Source: an uncultured Candidatus Saccharibacteria bacterium (GTDB lineage Bacteria > Patescibacteriota > Minisyncoccia > RBG-13-40-8-A > JAUWHN01). Taken from it: DNA of 64,000 nucleotides. The DNA is taken from assembly GCA_964449235.1 (NCBI GenBank), contig CAYVAX010000001.1:20814-84813 (forward strand), in the 5' to 3' direction. The translations under genes and the position numbers were made by a program. This document shows, one piece after another, positions 17,461 to 25,955 of the stretch (positions are counted from its first letter, which is position 1; the number at the start of each line of letters is the position of its first letter). The notes under the pieces are model-generated. The model worked only from the letters and a program-made list of their open reading frames with translations, was not told where the DNA came from and searched no databases.

Positions 17461-18018
17461 ATGGCTGAAGAAAAAAAAGACGAACAAAAAAAAGCTTCTG
17501 AAGAAGCTGGACAAGAAAAGACTGAGGAGTCTAAACAAAAGCCTGAGCAAAAAGAACCTAAAAAAGAAGAGCCCAAGCAGGAATCAAAAAAAGAAGAAAA
17601 AAAAGTAGCTGATAAGGCGGAAAACAAAGAAGTGAAAGTACCGGCTAAATTTAAAAAATTGGTTGACGAAATTGAGCAAATGAGTGTTTTGGATTTAGCA
17701 GAATTGGTTAAACTTTTGGAAGAAAAATTTGGAGTTAGTCCTATGGCCGCAGTAGCAGCTCCAGCAGCAGGAACAGCAGGCAGTGGAGAAGAGGAAGGTG
17801 AAGAAAAAAGTGTTTTTAACATTGAACTAAAAGATGCAGGCGCTAAAAAGATTGACGTTATTAAAGCGCTTCGAAAAATCATGGACAAAGGATTAAAAGA
17901 AGTCAAGGGATTAGTTGATGATGCGCCTCAGGTTGTAAAAGAAAATGTTAAAAAGGAAGAGGCTGAAGAAATTAAGAAAAAGCTAGAAGAAGCAGGAGCA
18001 ACTGTAGAATTGAAATAA
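17461..18018 (+). CDS. rplL: 50S ribosomal protein L7/L12 with a ~60-aa Lys/Glu-rich N-terminal extension
   Basis: The core ...[40 protein letters not shown]...[70 protein letters not shown] aligns with L12. The preceding [11 protein letters not shown]...[16 protein letters not shown] is low-complexity. Confidence 0.85.
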   Translation: MAEEKKDEQKKASEEAGQEKTEESKQKPEQKEPKKEEPKQESKKEEKKVADKAENKEVKVPAKFKKLVDEIEQMSVLDLAELVKLLEEKFGVSPMAAVAAPAAGTAGSGEEEGEEKSVFNIELKDAGAKKIDVIKALRKIMDKGLKEVKGLVDDAPQVVKENVKKEEAEEIKKKLEEAGATVELK

Positions 18019-18040
18019 TATATTTAATTTCTTGTTAATC

Positions 18041-18067
18041 AAAAAAGCCGTATTTACGGCTTTTTTG
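18041..18067. terminator. Bidirectional intrinsic terminator between convergent rplL and the 18091-20235 gene
   Basis: aaaaaagccgt-att-tacggctttttt. Confidence 0.7.
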
Positions 18068-18090
18068 CTATTATTAATACAATCTAAGAT

Positions 18091-20235
18091 CTATAATTTG
18101 AGTTTAAATACTTTTTTTTCACATAAAAAATAAATTTCTTTTTCATTTCCAGTAACCCAAAAATCAGAAAGTCGGTTAAATTCTTTATTCACATACTGAT
18201 TTATTATCTCTCCTTTCCTGTTTAAAACAATTAAGCGCCTGTTCTCTGGATCGGATATATATAAATGCTTAAAATCAGATTCAACAAATAATTTGTTATT
18301 CCCGGATAATTGCTGATTTAATTTTAATGGTATTTGGCGAACTTCTTTTCCTTGAAAATACTCAGTTATTGTTCCTTGGGAATTGAGAACATAGATTGCG
18401 CCATCAATAGCCATGGATTGAGCAGTCTTTAATCCTTCTTCAGGCTGCGATAACCAACTTTTTCCATTAATGGTTTCTGCCTGTATTGACGATAAAGGAT
18501 ATTTTATAATCTCACCCTGCTGGGAATTTAATATGTAGAAATTAGAAAGAAACCTTCCCAAGCTTTGAATTTTTTCAATAGAGATTTCCGGGCTTAACAG
18601 GTAAGCTTCATGTTCTTTTGTGGCGCTGTTGTAAATATAAGCTTTGCCGCTTTGTCCAAACAAGATTATTTGTCCAGAATTTAAAGAAATCATTTTCCTT
18701 AATTCGTCTTTTGCGGAAATGAATATTAGGGTTAAAGAATTTTTTTCTTCTGTACTCAAATCTGACTTATAAAGAATGCCTGAATCCAATTCGTAAAAAT
18801 ATAGACTATTTTCTGCTTTACTAATTCCTGCAGGATTAACAATAAATCCAGTCTTAGAAAAATTTAAAACCTCCTCGAGCTGATTCACCCTAATTACGTT
18901 ATTAATGCTGTCTTGCTGATTTTGATATTTTTCCTCTAAGGTAAAGGCTCTGGCAATGACCTGCTCATTGTTTTTTAAGGATGCTTGTCGGGCATGATCA
19001 ATAAGACTAGAAAGCAAGGACTGGTTTCTTTCTATTAATGCTCGGGCCTTATCTTGCTGTTGGTAAATTAAGGCAGAATCTATCTTTTTTTGAATTGCTT
19101 GAACTTTTTCAGCTAACTGATTAAATGCATGCAGCTTGGTTAAATAATTAATCTTTTGAACAGTAAAATAGGGGAGAATTAAAATTAATAAAATTAAAAT
19201 TAATGAAATAATAAATGCAGGTTTGTTTTGATCTTTTAAATAATAATATTTTTTTCTAATTTTGTATTTTTCATTTAGTTTTTGAGGAATTTTGCGAGTG
19301 GTTATTGTTATCCGCTGGCAAACTGCAGTTTTTCCTATTGCTCTGGTTACTGGCCTCAAAAGCCTGAATCCTTTGCCCAGGAGTATAAATATAACTTTGA
19401 ATGTGGTTCCGATTTTTAAAATTATAGGTCTAAGCTTTCCAATGCTAATTCTTTTTTGCTTGGTTATTTTTTGTTCAATTTCAGGGCTAGTTTTTACTAT
19501 CTGAGGAGCAGTATCAGTAACAAACACTGGTTTTGCCTCTAATACCAGACTGACTAATGGAGGCTTAATTGATTTAGCCCTGGCTAAATTTTCAAAATTC
19601 AATATTATCCGATTACAATCTTTTGTAGAAAGCGCTTTCAGCTCTTTCAGGGAAGCAAGAGTTAGAATGTTTTTAGTGCCTAATACTAGTTTATCCCCGG
19701 GTATAATTTTTCCACTAGCAATATTATTAAATGTTTTTAGGGGAGGAACTTTTTCTGAGTCTGTGAATTTTTTTTCAATGTGGCTTACGCCCCCTTCTCT
19801 AAACAACTTAATCATTATATCTCCAGCCTGAGTGACATGAAGCGTGTTTTCGGTTAAAACACCACAAACAAAATGAAAATTGCCCATCCATTCTGTGTTT
19901 CCTTTTTCAGCAAAGTCGGCTAAATAAAGGTTTGCCTTGTTAAGGCTGGCCTCTAAAGCTTCTGCCCCGGAACGTTTAAAATCAGAATAAAATTCACGCT
20001 TAATTACCGAAATTAGCAGATTTAAAAGAAAGTCAGTGCTTTTATACTTGTTCTTGGGAATATTATCTATTTTTCCCAACATAAAAAGAGTACCCAATTT
20101 GGCCTCCTCAATGTTTTTTGGCTCATAGACAAAAAAATCATAAACACAGTCTGGATGTTTAGTTTTTCCTATCCCAGGGCTTTCTACTGGCCTAATAAAC
20201 TCTTTAGAATAAAATTGAAGATTATCTTCTGACAT
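18091..20235 (-). CDS. Hypothetical bitopic membrane protein: ~330-aa cytoplasmic N-domain (weak PP2C/PPM-like motifs, tentative), one TM helix, ~360-aa extracytoplasmic coiled-coil plus beta-propeller-like repeat region
   Basis: TM helix KPAFIISLILILLILILPYFTV. N-domain ...FHFVCGVLTENTLHVTQAGDIMIKLFREGG... resembles PPM motifs only loosely. The C-terminus has repeated ...LYISD...RLIVLN... beta-strand patterns. Confidence 0.35.
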   Translation of the reverse strand: MSEDNLQFYSKEFIRPVESPGIGKTKHPDCVYDFFVYEPKNIEEAKLGTLFMLGKIDNIPKNKYKSTDFLLNLLISVIKREFYSDFKRSGAEALEASLNKANLYLADFAEKGNTEWMGNFHFVCGVLTENTLHVTQAGDIMIKLFREGGVSHIEKKFTDSEKVPPLKTFNNIASGKIIPGDKLVLGTKNILTLASLKELKALSTKDCNRIILNFENLARAKSIKPPLVSLVLEAKPVFVTDTAPQIVKTSPEIEQKITKQKRISIGKLRPIILKIGTTFKVIFILLGKGFRLLRPVTRAIGKTAVCQRITITTRKIPQKLNEKYKIRKKYYYLKDQNKPAFIISLILILLILILPYFTVQKINYLTKLHAFNQLAEKVQAIQKKIDSALIYQQQDKARALIERNQSLLSSLIDHARQASLKNNEQVIARAFTLEEKYQNQQDSINNVIRVNQLEEVLNFSKTGFIVNPAGISKAENSLYFYELDSGILYKSDLSTEEKNSLTLIFISAKDELRKMISLNSGQIILFGQSGKAYIYNSATKEHEAYLLSPEISIEKIQSLGRFLSNFYILNSQQGEIIKYPLSSIQAETINGKSWLSQPEEGLKTAQSMAIDGAIYVLNSQGTITEYFQGKEVRQIPLKLNQQLSGNNKLFVESDFKHLYISDPENRRLIVLNRKGEIINQYVNKEFNRLSDFWVTGNEKEIYFLCEKKVFKLKL

Positions 20236-20322
20236 CGTTCTTATTGTAGCAGTTTTTAAGATGCTTTACAAGCTTTTAAAATAGGGTTATTATTAAAATA
20301 TATCAGGTTAATCAATAAAAAT

Positions 20323-21315
20323 ATGGCAAAATCTAAAACAAAAAAGAGTTCTAAAAAAAGAACTACAAAAAAAAGAAATAAAAGAAGAACAAAGAAAAGA
20401 ACAACTCCAAAGAGAAAAACAAAGTCAAGAAAAAAAACTCTTAAAAAGAGGCCCACTAAGAAAAGAAAATCCTCCAAAAAGAGGGGAGCTTCTCGAAAGC
20501 CTAAAAAAAGAACTACAAGAAAGAAACCAACAAAAACAAAGAGGTCCTATAGAAAAAAAAGAAAAACACCTAGAAAAAAGTATAGAACCAGAAAAAAACC
20601 AAAAACAAGAAAGACAACCAGGCGAAAACCAAAACAAAGATCACAAAAGAGAAAATCAGTTAAACGAAAGCGGGCCAAGAAAAAATATGCTCCTAAAAAG
20701 AAAACTAGAACATATCCTAACAAAGGATCTCTAGAGCAGTTATTTGAATCCGGTCCAAAGGTAAGGATTATGAAGCTATTTTTCAGAAATCCTGAAGAAA
20801 GCTTTTTATTTAAAGATGCAGCAAAACTAATGAGGATGAGAGCAGACACAGCCAGAAAAGAAATGAAAAAATTAGAAACAATTGGACTGTTAAGAAGTAG
20901 AAAAATATCCCCCCGAAAACAATTATTTTCTATTGACCACAGCTTTAATTTCCTTAACGAGCTTCGAGAATTAATCTTAAAGGCCAGTCCAGTCCCCAAA
21001 GACAGACTATTAAAAACAATCAGAAAATTGGGGAAAATTAAAATGGTTCTGGTTTCAGGAATATTTCTCGGAGAAGATGCCCCTAAAACTAATCGCGGAA
21101 CAACTCGTACAGATTTGCTGATTGTAGGAGATAATGTTAGCTCTAGAAAAGTAAGCCGGTTTATAAAAAACATTGAAGCTGAAGCAGGAACAAATGTAAA
21201 CTGCGCAGTAATGAGCGCTAAAGACTTTAAATATCGGTATAACATGTACGACAGATTTGTAAGGGACTTGATTAACGAAAAATCAGAGTTTTTAATGAAT
21301 AAATTGAAGTTTTAA
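20323..21315 (+). CDS. Histone-H1-like basic-tail protein: ~125-aa K/R/T-rich low-complexity N-terminus + C-terminal winged-helix-like and nucleotidyltransferase-like (degenerate) region
   Basis: N-terminus KSKTKKSSKKRTTKKRNKRRTKKRTTPKRKTKSRKK... (over 60% K/R). C-terminus ...VRIMKLFFRNPEESFLFKDAAKLMRMRADTARKEMKKLETIGLL... and ...LVSGIFLGEDAPKTNRGTTRTDLLIVGD... Confidence 0.5.
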   Translation: MAKSKTKKSSKKRTTKKRNKRRTKKRTTPKRKTKSRKKTLKKRPTKKRKSSKKRGASRKPKKRTTRKKPTKTKRSYRKKRKTPRKKYRTRKKPKTRKTTRRKPKQRSQKRKSVKRKRAKKKYAPKKKTRTYPNKGSLEQLFESGPKVRIMKLFFRNPEESFLFKDAAKLMRMRADTARKEMKKLETIGLLRSRKISPRKQLFSIDHSFNFLNELRELILKASPVPKDRLLKTIRKLGKIKMVLVSGIFLGEDAPKTNRGTTRTDLLIVGDNVSSRKVSRFIKNIEAEAGTNVNCAVMSAKDFKYRYNMYDRFVRDLINEKSEFLMNKLKF

Positions 21316-21387
21316 GGGCATTTAGTTCAGTGGTAGAACGTTCGCTTCACATGCGAAAGGTCGCAGGTTCGATCCCTGCAGTGCCCA
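21316..21387 (+). tRNA. tRNA-Val (anticodon CAC), no encoded CCA; starts on the nucleotide after the preceding gene's stop
   Basis: Cloverleaf read by hand: acceptor GGGCATT/AGTGCCC (one G-U pair), D-arm GTTC-AGTGGTA-GAAC, anticodon stem TTCGC/GCGAA with loop TTCACAT, T-arm GCAGG-TTCGATC-CCTGC, discriminator A. Confidence 0.9.
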
Positions 21388-21391
21388 TTTT

Positions 21392-21424
21392 AAACGATTA
21401 AATTTAATTTAATCGTTTTTTTGT
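21392..21424 (+). terminator. Rho-independent terminator after tRNA-Val
   Basis: aaacgattaaa-tttaa-tttaatcgttt + tttttt. Confidence 0.75.
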
Positions 21425-21440
21425 TTATGGTATAATAAAA

Positions 21441-21842
21441 ATGATGAGATTGATTTTGAAAAAACCAATAATTTTGCAGTTTTGGAAATGGTATTATACA
21501 GAAGCAATAAAAAGCCTGATTAACATTTGGAAAAATTTTATTATCTTTGTTCAGGAATACTATTCTATTCCTTTGCTGTTAAAAACTTTAGTTGCTCCTT
21601 GGAAAAGGGATGTTACTCGCAAGCCTCGAGGTTTGGATATTAAAAAACTTCTTGAGGCTTTTACTTTTAATGCTATTTCCAGAACTATTGGATTTTTTGT
21701 TAGGTCAGTAACAATTGTTTTTGGCTTAATTTGTTTGTTGGGCGTAATTATTTTAGGATTTGTAGCTTTAATTATTTGGTTAATCCTTCCGTTTGCACTA
21801 ATATTCCTTGTTATTATGGGAATATTGTTGCTTGCAGGTTAA
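21441..21842 (+). CDS. Small hypothetical membrane protein (C-terminal 2 TM helices)
   Basis: 133 aa. ...VTIVFGLICLLGVIILGFVALIIWLILPFALIFLVIMGILLLAG. Its stop immediately precedes the ATG of the next gene (ggtTAAtATG). Confidence 0.45.
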   Translation: MMRLILKKPIILQFWKWYYTEAIKSLINIWKNFIIFVQEYYSIPLLLKTLVAPWKRDVTRKPRGLDIKKLLEAFTFNAISRTIGFFVRSVTIVFGLICLLGVIILGFVALIIWLILPFALIFLVIMGILLLAG

Positions 21843-21843
21843 T

Positions 21844-24390
21844 ATGGGGTTTGATTTAAAATCAACAACTATTTATCAGATAGTTAAATTGGCAAAAGTA
21901 TTTTCTCCCAAGTTAGTACTTGTTATGAACTGGCTGTTTTTAATTATTACTTTTTCGTTATTAGTAGTGTTTTTAGGCAATCAACCGTTTTTACAATTGA
22001 GCTCTGGTCAAGTATTCGGTCTCTTTTTAATTGTATTAAGCTTTAATATTTTTGGATGGATTTGGTTAATATTTTTTAAGGCTGTTTTAAGAGAAAATAC
22101 TTTACTCAAGGTTCCTTTAGAAAAAGTAACCTCTTTTACAGAAATTGAAAATTTAAATTTAGCTGAATATTTAGACTTTATAATCGTAGATGCTTTAATT
22201 GATGCTATTAACTTTTGCAAACGAAAAAGGATTTCGCTTACGGCCTTAATAGTAGTATTGTTCTTATTCAAGAATGAACGGGTAAATAAAGTATTTGATA
22301 AATTAGGAATTGCTAAAAAGGAAATAAAAAGGGCTGTAAGCAAAAAAGAGGCAAATCTAAAACCCAGCAAGTTATTGTACAGTCAAAACTTTTTAAAAAT
22401 TATTAACCAATCGGCAAAAGCAGCAATTGCAAATTTTCACCGCCAAATAGAGGTTAAGGATTTTTTAGTAACTGCTGCAGAATACGATAATGATTTTAGG
22501 GAAATTTTATTTGACAACGATCTTGAATATGCTGATGTAAATCACGTAATTGCCTGGGACAATTTTATCACCTACGAAGCTGAATGGAAAAGCAAGTTCT
22601 GGAAACTAGAAAATCTTTTAAAAAGGCCCGGAATTGGAAAACAATGGGCAGCCGGGCATACTGTCAATGTTGATAAATACGCTACAGATGTTACCAAATT
22701 AATAAAACATAAAGACATTCCTCTTCACGTTGTAGGAAGAAAAACGGAAATTGAAACCATTGAAAGAATCCTTTCGCGCAGAGGAGAAAATAATGTATTG
22801 GTGATTGGTAAGCCTGGAGGAGGAAGATCAACAATTGTTTACAGTTTTGCTAAAAAAATCATGGAAGGAAGATCTGTTCCGGGATTGAATTACAAACGAG
22901 TATTGGAAATAGATATGCAAGCAATGTTTGCAGGATTAAAAACCCATGGAGAAATTTTGGATAGATTTAAAATTGTTTTTTCAGAAGCAGCAAATGCTGG
23001 CAATGTCATTTTAATAATTGACGACATTCATAACTATATTGGAGAACAAAAAGGAGTAGGAGGATTGGATATTTCCTCAGCATTAACCTCTTATCTTGGC
23101 TCTCCTGAACTTCAAGTTATTGGGGTAACTACTTTTTCAGGATTTCATAAAAACATTGAAACCAATCCCGCAGTTATGAACTTCTTTGAAAAAGTTGAAA
23201 TTGAAGAACCTTCTAAAAAAGAATCAATGTTTGTTTTAGAAGATTTGCTTCCTAAATTTGAAAAAGAATATGGTTTAAAGGTGGGATATAAAGGGTTAAG
23301 AACGGTTATTGACCTCACCGACCGATACATTCAGGATGTTCCTTTTCCGGAAAAAGCAATTGATTTCTTGGGAGAGGTAATGGTGTATGTAAAAACACAA
23401 ACCAATTCTCGAGTCGTTCTTCCGGAGCATGTTGCCCAGGTTATTTCTCAAAAAACTAAAATACCAGCTGGAGAAATTCAAAAGACTGAAAAAGAAAAAC
23501 TATTAAAACTAGAAGAATACATTCACCAGCGGGTTGTTGACCAGGAAGAAGCTGTTAATGCTCTAGCAGATGCAATGAGAAGAAGTCGGGCAGGAGTTGC
23601 TGGACGGAATAAGCCTATTGGGACATTTTTGTTTCTTGGTCCCACAGGGGTAGGAAAAACAGAAACTTCCAAAGCATTAGCAGAATCATATTTTGGCTCA
23701 GAAAAAGAAATGATCCGATTAGATATGTCTGAATACCAAAGCATACAATCAATCAATCGCCTTATTGGCTCTTCAGACGGAACTCAGGGACTATTAACCA
23801 ATGCTATTAGGGAAAGACCTTTTTCTTTGGTTTTGTTAGATGAAATAGAAAAAGCTCATCCGAACATTTTAAATTTATTTCTCCAGGTTTTAGATGAAGG
23901 ACGTTTGACTGATAATTTGGGCAGGACAGTAAGCTTTCGAAATTCAATTATTATTGGAACATCCAATGCTGGCGCAGAATTTATACGCCAATATCTCGGT
24001 CAAGAAAAAAAACCTAGCTACGATTATGCTGCATTTAAAAAAGAACTGATAAATAATCTTTTAGAGCGGGGCATTTTTCGACCAGAATTTCTTAATCGTT
24101 TTGATGCTACAATAACCTTTAAGCCTTTGTCTCCAGAAGATTTAACATTGATTGCGAAATTAATGCTCCAGAAATTAAACCAACGTCTTGTTCATGGAAG
24201 AGGAATTCAGTTAGTAATAACTGATGAGCTGGCAAAGAAAGTAGCAGAATTGGGATATAATCCTGAATTTGGAGCAAGACCGATGAATAGGGTTATCCAG
24301 GATAGGATCGAAAATAAAATTGCTAAAAAAATACTATCTGGCCAGCTTAGAAAAGGAGATGCTATAGAATTAAAAACTGAAGAAATTTAA
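21844..24390 (+). CDS. Membrane-anchored ClpB/ClpC-like Hsp100 protein: polytopic TM N-terminus, degenerate (pseudo-ATPase) D1, intact D2, no M-domain and no ClpP-binding IGF loop
   Basis: D1 Walker A is VLVIGKPGGGRST (Lys to Arg), Walker B is ILIIDDIH (Glu to Asp), and the Arg-finger position reads NFFEK. D2 is intact: FLFLGPTGVGKTETSKALAE, LVLLDEIEKAHPNILNLFLQVLDEGRLTDNLGRTVSFRNSIIIGTSNAG, GARPMNRVIQ. N-terminal TM helices MNWLFLIITFSLLVVFLG, VFGLFLIVLSFNIFGWIWLIFF. The track ORF begins at 21808; the ATG at 21844 is used here. Confidence 0.65.
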   Translation: MGFDLKSTTIYQIVKLAKVFSPKLVLVMNWLFLIITFSLLVVFLGNQPFLQLSSGQVFGLFLIVLSFNIFGWIWLIFFKAVLRENTLLKVPLEKVTSFTEIENLNLAEYLDFIIVDALIDAINFCKRKRISLTALIVVLFLFKNERVNKVFDKLGIAKKEIKRAVSKKEANLKPSKLLYSQNFLKIINQSAKAAIANFHRQIEVKDFLVTAAEYDNDFREILFDNDLEYADVNHVIAWDNFITYEAEWKSKFWKLENLLKRPGIGKQWAAGHTVNVDKYATDVTKLIKHKDIPLHVVGRKTEIETIERILSRRGENNVLVIGKPGGGRSTIVYSFAKKIMEGRSVPGLNYKRVLEIDMQAMFAGLKTHGEILDRFKIVFSEAANAGNVILIIDDIHNYIGEQKGVGGLDISSALTSYLGSPELQVIGVTTFSGFHKNIETNPAVMNFFEKVEIEEPSKKESMFVLEDLLPKFEKEYGLKVGYKGLRTVIDLTDRYIQDVPFPEKAIDFLGEVMVYVKTQTNSRVVLPEHVAQVISQKTKIPAGEIQKTEKEKLLKLEEYIHQRVVDQEEAVNALADAMRRSRAGVAGRNKPIGTFLFLGPTGVGKTETSKALAESYFGSEKEMIRLDMSEYQSIQSINRLIGSSDGTQGLLTNAIRERPFSLVLLDEIEKAHPNILNLFLQVLDEGRLTDNLGRTVSFRNSIIIGTSNAGAEFIRQYLGQEKKPSYDYAAFKKELINNLLERGIFRPEFLNRFDATITFKPLSPEDLTLIAKLMLQKLNQRLVHGRGIQLVITDELAKKVAELGYNPEFGARPMNRVIQDRIENKIAKKILSGQLRKGDAIELKTEEI

Positions 24391-24465
24391 AGCTTTAAAA
24401 GCGAATATAGTTTAAATAACCCAAAATAGGGGATAAAGTGTGGAAAAATAAATAGGTTTAAATCC

Positions 24466-24496
24466 AAAAATGGCTCTGTAGAGCCATTTTTATTTT
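24466..24496 (+). terminator. Rho-independent terminator after the ClpB-like gene
   Basis: aaaaatggctc-tgta-gagccattttt + atttt. Confidence 0.75.
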
Positions 24497-24530
24497 ACAA
24501 ACTAATTGGTCTTTAGCTGAAATCCCAGGG

Positions 24531-24599
24531 TTGACAGAGGACATAAAGGTGGGGTAGAATTAAATTGTAGTGGGTAATTGTGGATAATTTTGGGGATAA
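24531..24599 (+). promoter_or_regulatory. Candidate mraZ promoter (TTGACA-N18-TAGAAT) followed by three 10-bp-phased direct repeats (GTGGGTAATT / GTGGATAATT / TTGGGGATAA): candidate MraZ operator
   Basis: -35 at 24531-24536, -10 at 24555-24560, repeats at 24570-24599, with an additional GGTGGGG at 24548-24554 one helical turn pair upstream. In E. coli, MraZ binds direct GTGGG repeats with 5-nt spacers upstream of mraZ (established). Confidence 0.45.
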
Positions 24600-24621
24600 A
24601 TAGCTGAATTTGTGAATAACT

Positions 24622-25053
24622 ATGCTAATTGGAGAATACAAACATACAATTGATATTAAAAAAAGGTTGGCTATTCCTTCTAAGTTAAGAAGAGAGTTGG
24701 GTGCAAAGGCAGTTATTACCAGGGGATTGGATAATTGTCTTTTTGTTTTTCCTCAAAAACAATGGAGCAAGTTAATTCAAAAATTAAGCAAATTACCCTT
24801 AGGGCAAAGAGACACAAGAGGATTTACGCGATTGATGCTGGCAGGTGCAAGCGAGACGGGATTAGACAAATTAGGGAGAATTCTAATTCCTGACTATTTA
24901 AAAAAATATGCAGGACTAAAAAAGAATGTAGTTATTGCCGGAGTATATAATCGTTTGGAGATTTGGGACGAAAATAAATGGAAGTTGTTTAAACAAAGCA
25001 CTGAAAAGGAAGTAGATAATATGGCTGAACGTTTGGGTGAAATTGGCGTATGA
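24622..25053 (+). CDS. mraZ: Transcriptional regulator MraZ
   Basis: 143 aa. MLIGEYKHTIDIKKRLAIPSKLRRELG... has the duplicated MraZ/SpoVT-AbrB-like halves. The stop overlaps the rsmH start. Confidence 0.85.
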   Translation: MLIGEYKHTIDIKKRLAIPSKLRRELGAKAVITRGLDNCLFVFPQKQWSKLIQKLSKLPLGQRDTRGFTRLMLAGASETGLDKLGRILIPDYLKKYAGLKKNVVIAGVYNRLEIWDENKWKLFKQSTEKEVDNMAERLGEIGV

Positions 25054-25955
25054 CAATTCACCAACCTGTTCTTTTAGATAAAGTTATTGAATATTTAAAT
25101 CCAAAACCAAAAGAAAACTTTGTTGATTGTACAGTTGGAGCCGGGGGACATAGTCTGGCTATTTTACAAAAAAATTCTCCTGGTAAAGTGCTAGCTATTG
25201 ACTGCGATCCTCAAAGCTTAAAATATCTTAAAGCTAAAATCAGAGACTTAAAACCGAGCACTGGTACGAGCACTAGTAAAAGATTGATTTTAGTTAATGA
25301 CAACTTTAAAAATTTAGAAAAAATTGTCCAGAAACAAAAGTTTAAACCTGTAAGTGGAATTCTATTTGATCTTGGTTTATCCAGCTGGCATTTGGAAAAA
25401 AGCAAACGGGGATTTAGTTTTAAAAACAATGAACCCTTAAAGATGGGCTTTAGTCCCCAGTCCGAGATTGCTGCCAAGGTTATAAACCAAAGCTCAGAAA
25501 AAGAATTAGCGGAAATTTTTAAACAATATGGAGAAGAAAGATACAGTTACAGAATCGCAAGAGCAATAAAAAAAGCAGAAAAGCCAATTTATACTACTGA
25601 ACAATTACGAACAATCATTAAACGTGCTGTTCCTTATCATAAAACCAAGCGCGGACAGATAAATAGAGTATTAGCAAGAATTTTTCAGGCTTTAAGAATC
25701 GTTGTTAATGATGAATTAGAAAATTTAAAACAAGGACTTGAGCAGGGAATAAGAATTTTAGAGCCCCGGGGAAGAATGGCAGTAATATCTTTTCATTCCC
25801 TGGAAGACAGAATAGTCAAACATTTTTTTAAGCAAAAAAAACAACAGAAAATCATAGAGATCCTTACTAAAAAGCCAACCACTGCTAGCCAGCAAGAAGT
25901 TGAAAATAATCCTCGCAGTAGAAGTGCAAAATTAAGAGCAATAATAAAAACTTGA
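25050..25955 (+). CDS. rsmH: 16S rRNA (cytosine1402-N4)-methyltransferase RsmH (MraW)
   Basis: ...FVDCTVGAGGHSLAIL...AIDCDPQ...FDLGLSSWHLE...RGFSF...; 301 aa. Confidence 0.85.
   Translation: MTIHQPVLLDKVIEYLNPKPKENFVDCTVGAGGHSLAILQKNSPGKVLAIDCDPQSLKYLKAKIRDLKPSTGTSTSKRLILVNDNFKNLEKIVQKQKFKPVSGILFDLGLSSWHLEKSKRGFSFKNNEPLKMGFSPQSEIAAKVINQSSEKELAEIFKQYGEERYSYRIARAIKKAEKPIYTTEQLRTIIKRAVPYHKTKRGQINRVLARIFQALRIVVNDELENLKQGLEQGIRILEPRGRMAVISFHSLEDRIVKHFFKQKKQQKIIEILTKKPTTASQQEVENNPRSRSAKLRAIIKT

Noticed and set aside
17442-17906. 154-aa ORF antisense to rplL
   Set aside because: Ser/Phe/Ala low-complexity product generated by the GAA/AAG-rich coding strand of the L12 extension. No start context.
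20256-21245. Three overlapping ORFs (20256-20477 -, 20425-20637 -, 20547-21245 -) antisense or frame-shifted to the basic-tail gene
   Set aside because: Products are Phe/Leu homopolymer-like or featureless. They are shadows of the purine-rich K/R-codon tract on the + strand.
21808-21843. Upstream extension of the ClpB-like ORF
   Set aside because: Overlaps the preceding gene. An ATG directly after that gene's TAA (21844) is the more plausible coupled start.
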